IMG/VR virus record: IMGVR_UViG_3300045988_128356
DNA from: a virus
Strand: one strand, 5' to 3'
Length of the DNA: 45,619 nt
This document shows, piece after piece, positions 45,247 to 45,619 of this stretch (its first letter is position 1; each line of letters begins with the position of its first letter). The position numbers and the translations under genes are program-made. Below the pieces are notes generated by a model. The model was given only the letters and a program-made list of their open reading frames with translations. It ran no database searches and was not told the origin of the DNA.

Positions 45247-45576
45247 CTACATAATCCAGTAATCCATCCATGTCGCCCCATTATAAAAGCCAAACTTAAT
45301 ATTTTTGGTGGCTGTCAAAAACTCAATATACAAATAATTAACAGCCGTTGTATACATTCTAATACTCGTAGCTGTCGAGTTTTGCGCAAAAGTCACTTTT
45401 CCGACACCCTCAAAGCTTATTTTATCATCCATTATGTCTTTCCAGCCTCGCCATGTACCATTATCTTGTTTGGTGATTTGTGGACTATTTGGACCATCAT
45501 ACGGAGGCCACGCCGTGATGCGACACCATTTGTTATCGAGACGCTCAACGTCCAGATAAGCAGCGACCCAGCCCGT
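45247..45576 (-). other. Silent tail-fibre C-terminal cassette B, 3' part (continuation of 101..1 across the junction)
   Basis: The minus frame ..AAYLDVERLDNKWCRITAWPPYDGPNSPQITKQDNGTWRGWKDIMDDKISFEGVGK..WMDYWIM* ends 4 nt from the cassette A stop (convergent). Confidence 0.8.
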
Positions 45577-45619
45577 GGGTAAATTTGTACAATTAGTTGC
45601 ATAGTAACGTCCTGTGGTA
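45577..45619. repeat. Second copy of the 43-bp terminal repeat
   Basis: Identical to 1..43. Confidence 0.95.

Noticed and set aside
1-45619. Window as a chromosomal prophage with host flanks
   Set aside because: The ends overlap by 43 nt, and a reading frame continues through the join. The only host-like DNA is the internal feoB fragment.

Overview
The first 43 nt (1..43) are identical to the last 43 nt (45577..45619), so the window closes into a circle of about 45,576 bp. It reads as a complete temperate, contractile-tailed PBSX/Xkd-like phage genome. A Firmicutes/Clostridia-type host is an inference from gene content. Gene order on the + strand: tail-fibre shufflon with its recombinase (44.5 kb across the junction to 2.1 kb), then a DUF4376-like protein, a membrane protein, holin and CHAP endolysin (2.1-4.7 kb). 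An AT-rich island of small accessory genes follows (4.8-6.7 kb), then an open but doubly truncated feoB fragment (6.8-8.4 kb) that abuts a large serine integrase. Next come the lysogeny module (lipoprotein, ImmA, XRE repressor, divergent Cro-like gene) and a replication module (PC4/YdbC-like, DUF2800, DUF2815, family A polymerase, VapE-like primase-helicase, iteron cluster, VRR-NUC, SNF2). Small late-region genes, an AT-rich two-gene moron, terS/terL, portal and a MuF protein with a C-terminal HExxH domain follow. The window ends with scaffold, capsid, Ig-like proteins, connectors, sheath, tube, an AT-rich moron, a chaperone with a -1 frameshift, tape measure, LysM protein, baseplate and tail fibre. 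The most interesting feature is a multi-inversion, shufflon-like system driven by a tyrosine recombinase. Four copies of a 12-bp core (ATAGTGATTTAG) occur in alternating orientation. One lies inside the expressed tail-fibre gene, at the end of its constant part (..TQLNSDL). The other three each sit in phase at the head of a promoterless alternative C-terminal cassette. The recombinase gene lies inside the invertible region. All functional calls come from reading motifs by eye; no database search was run.
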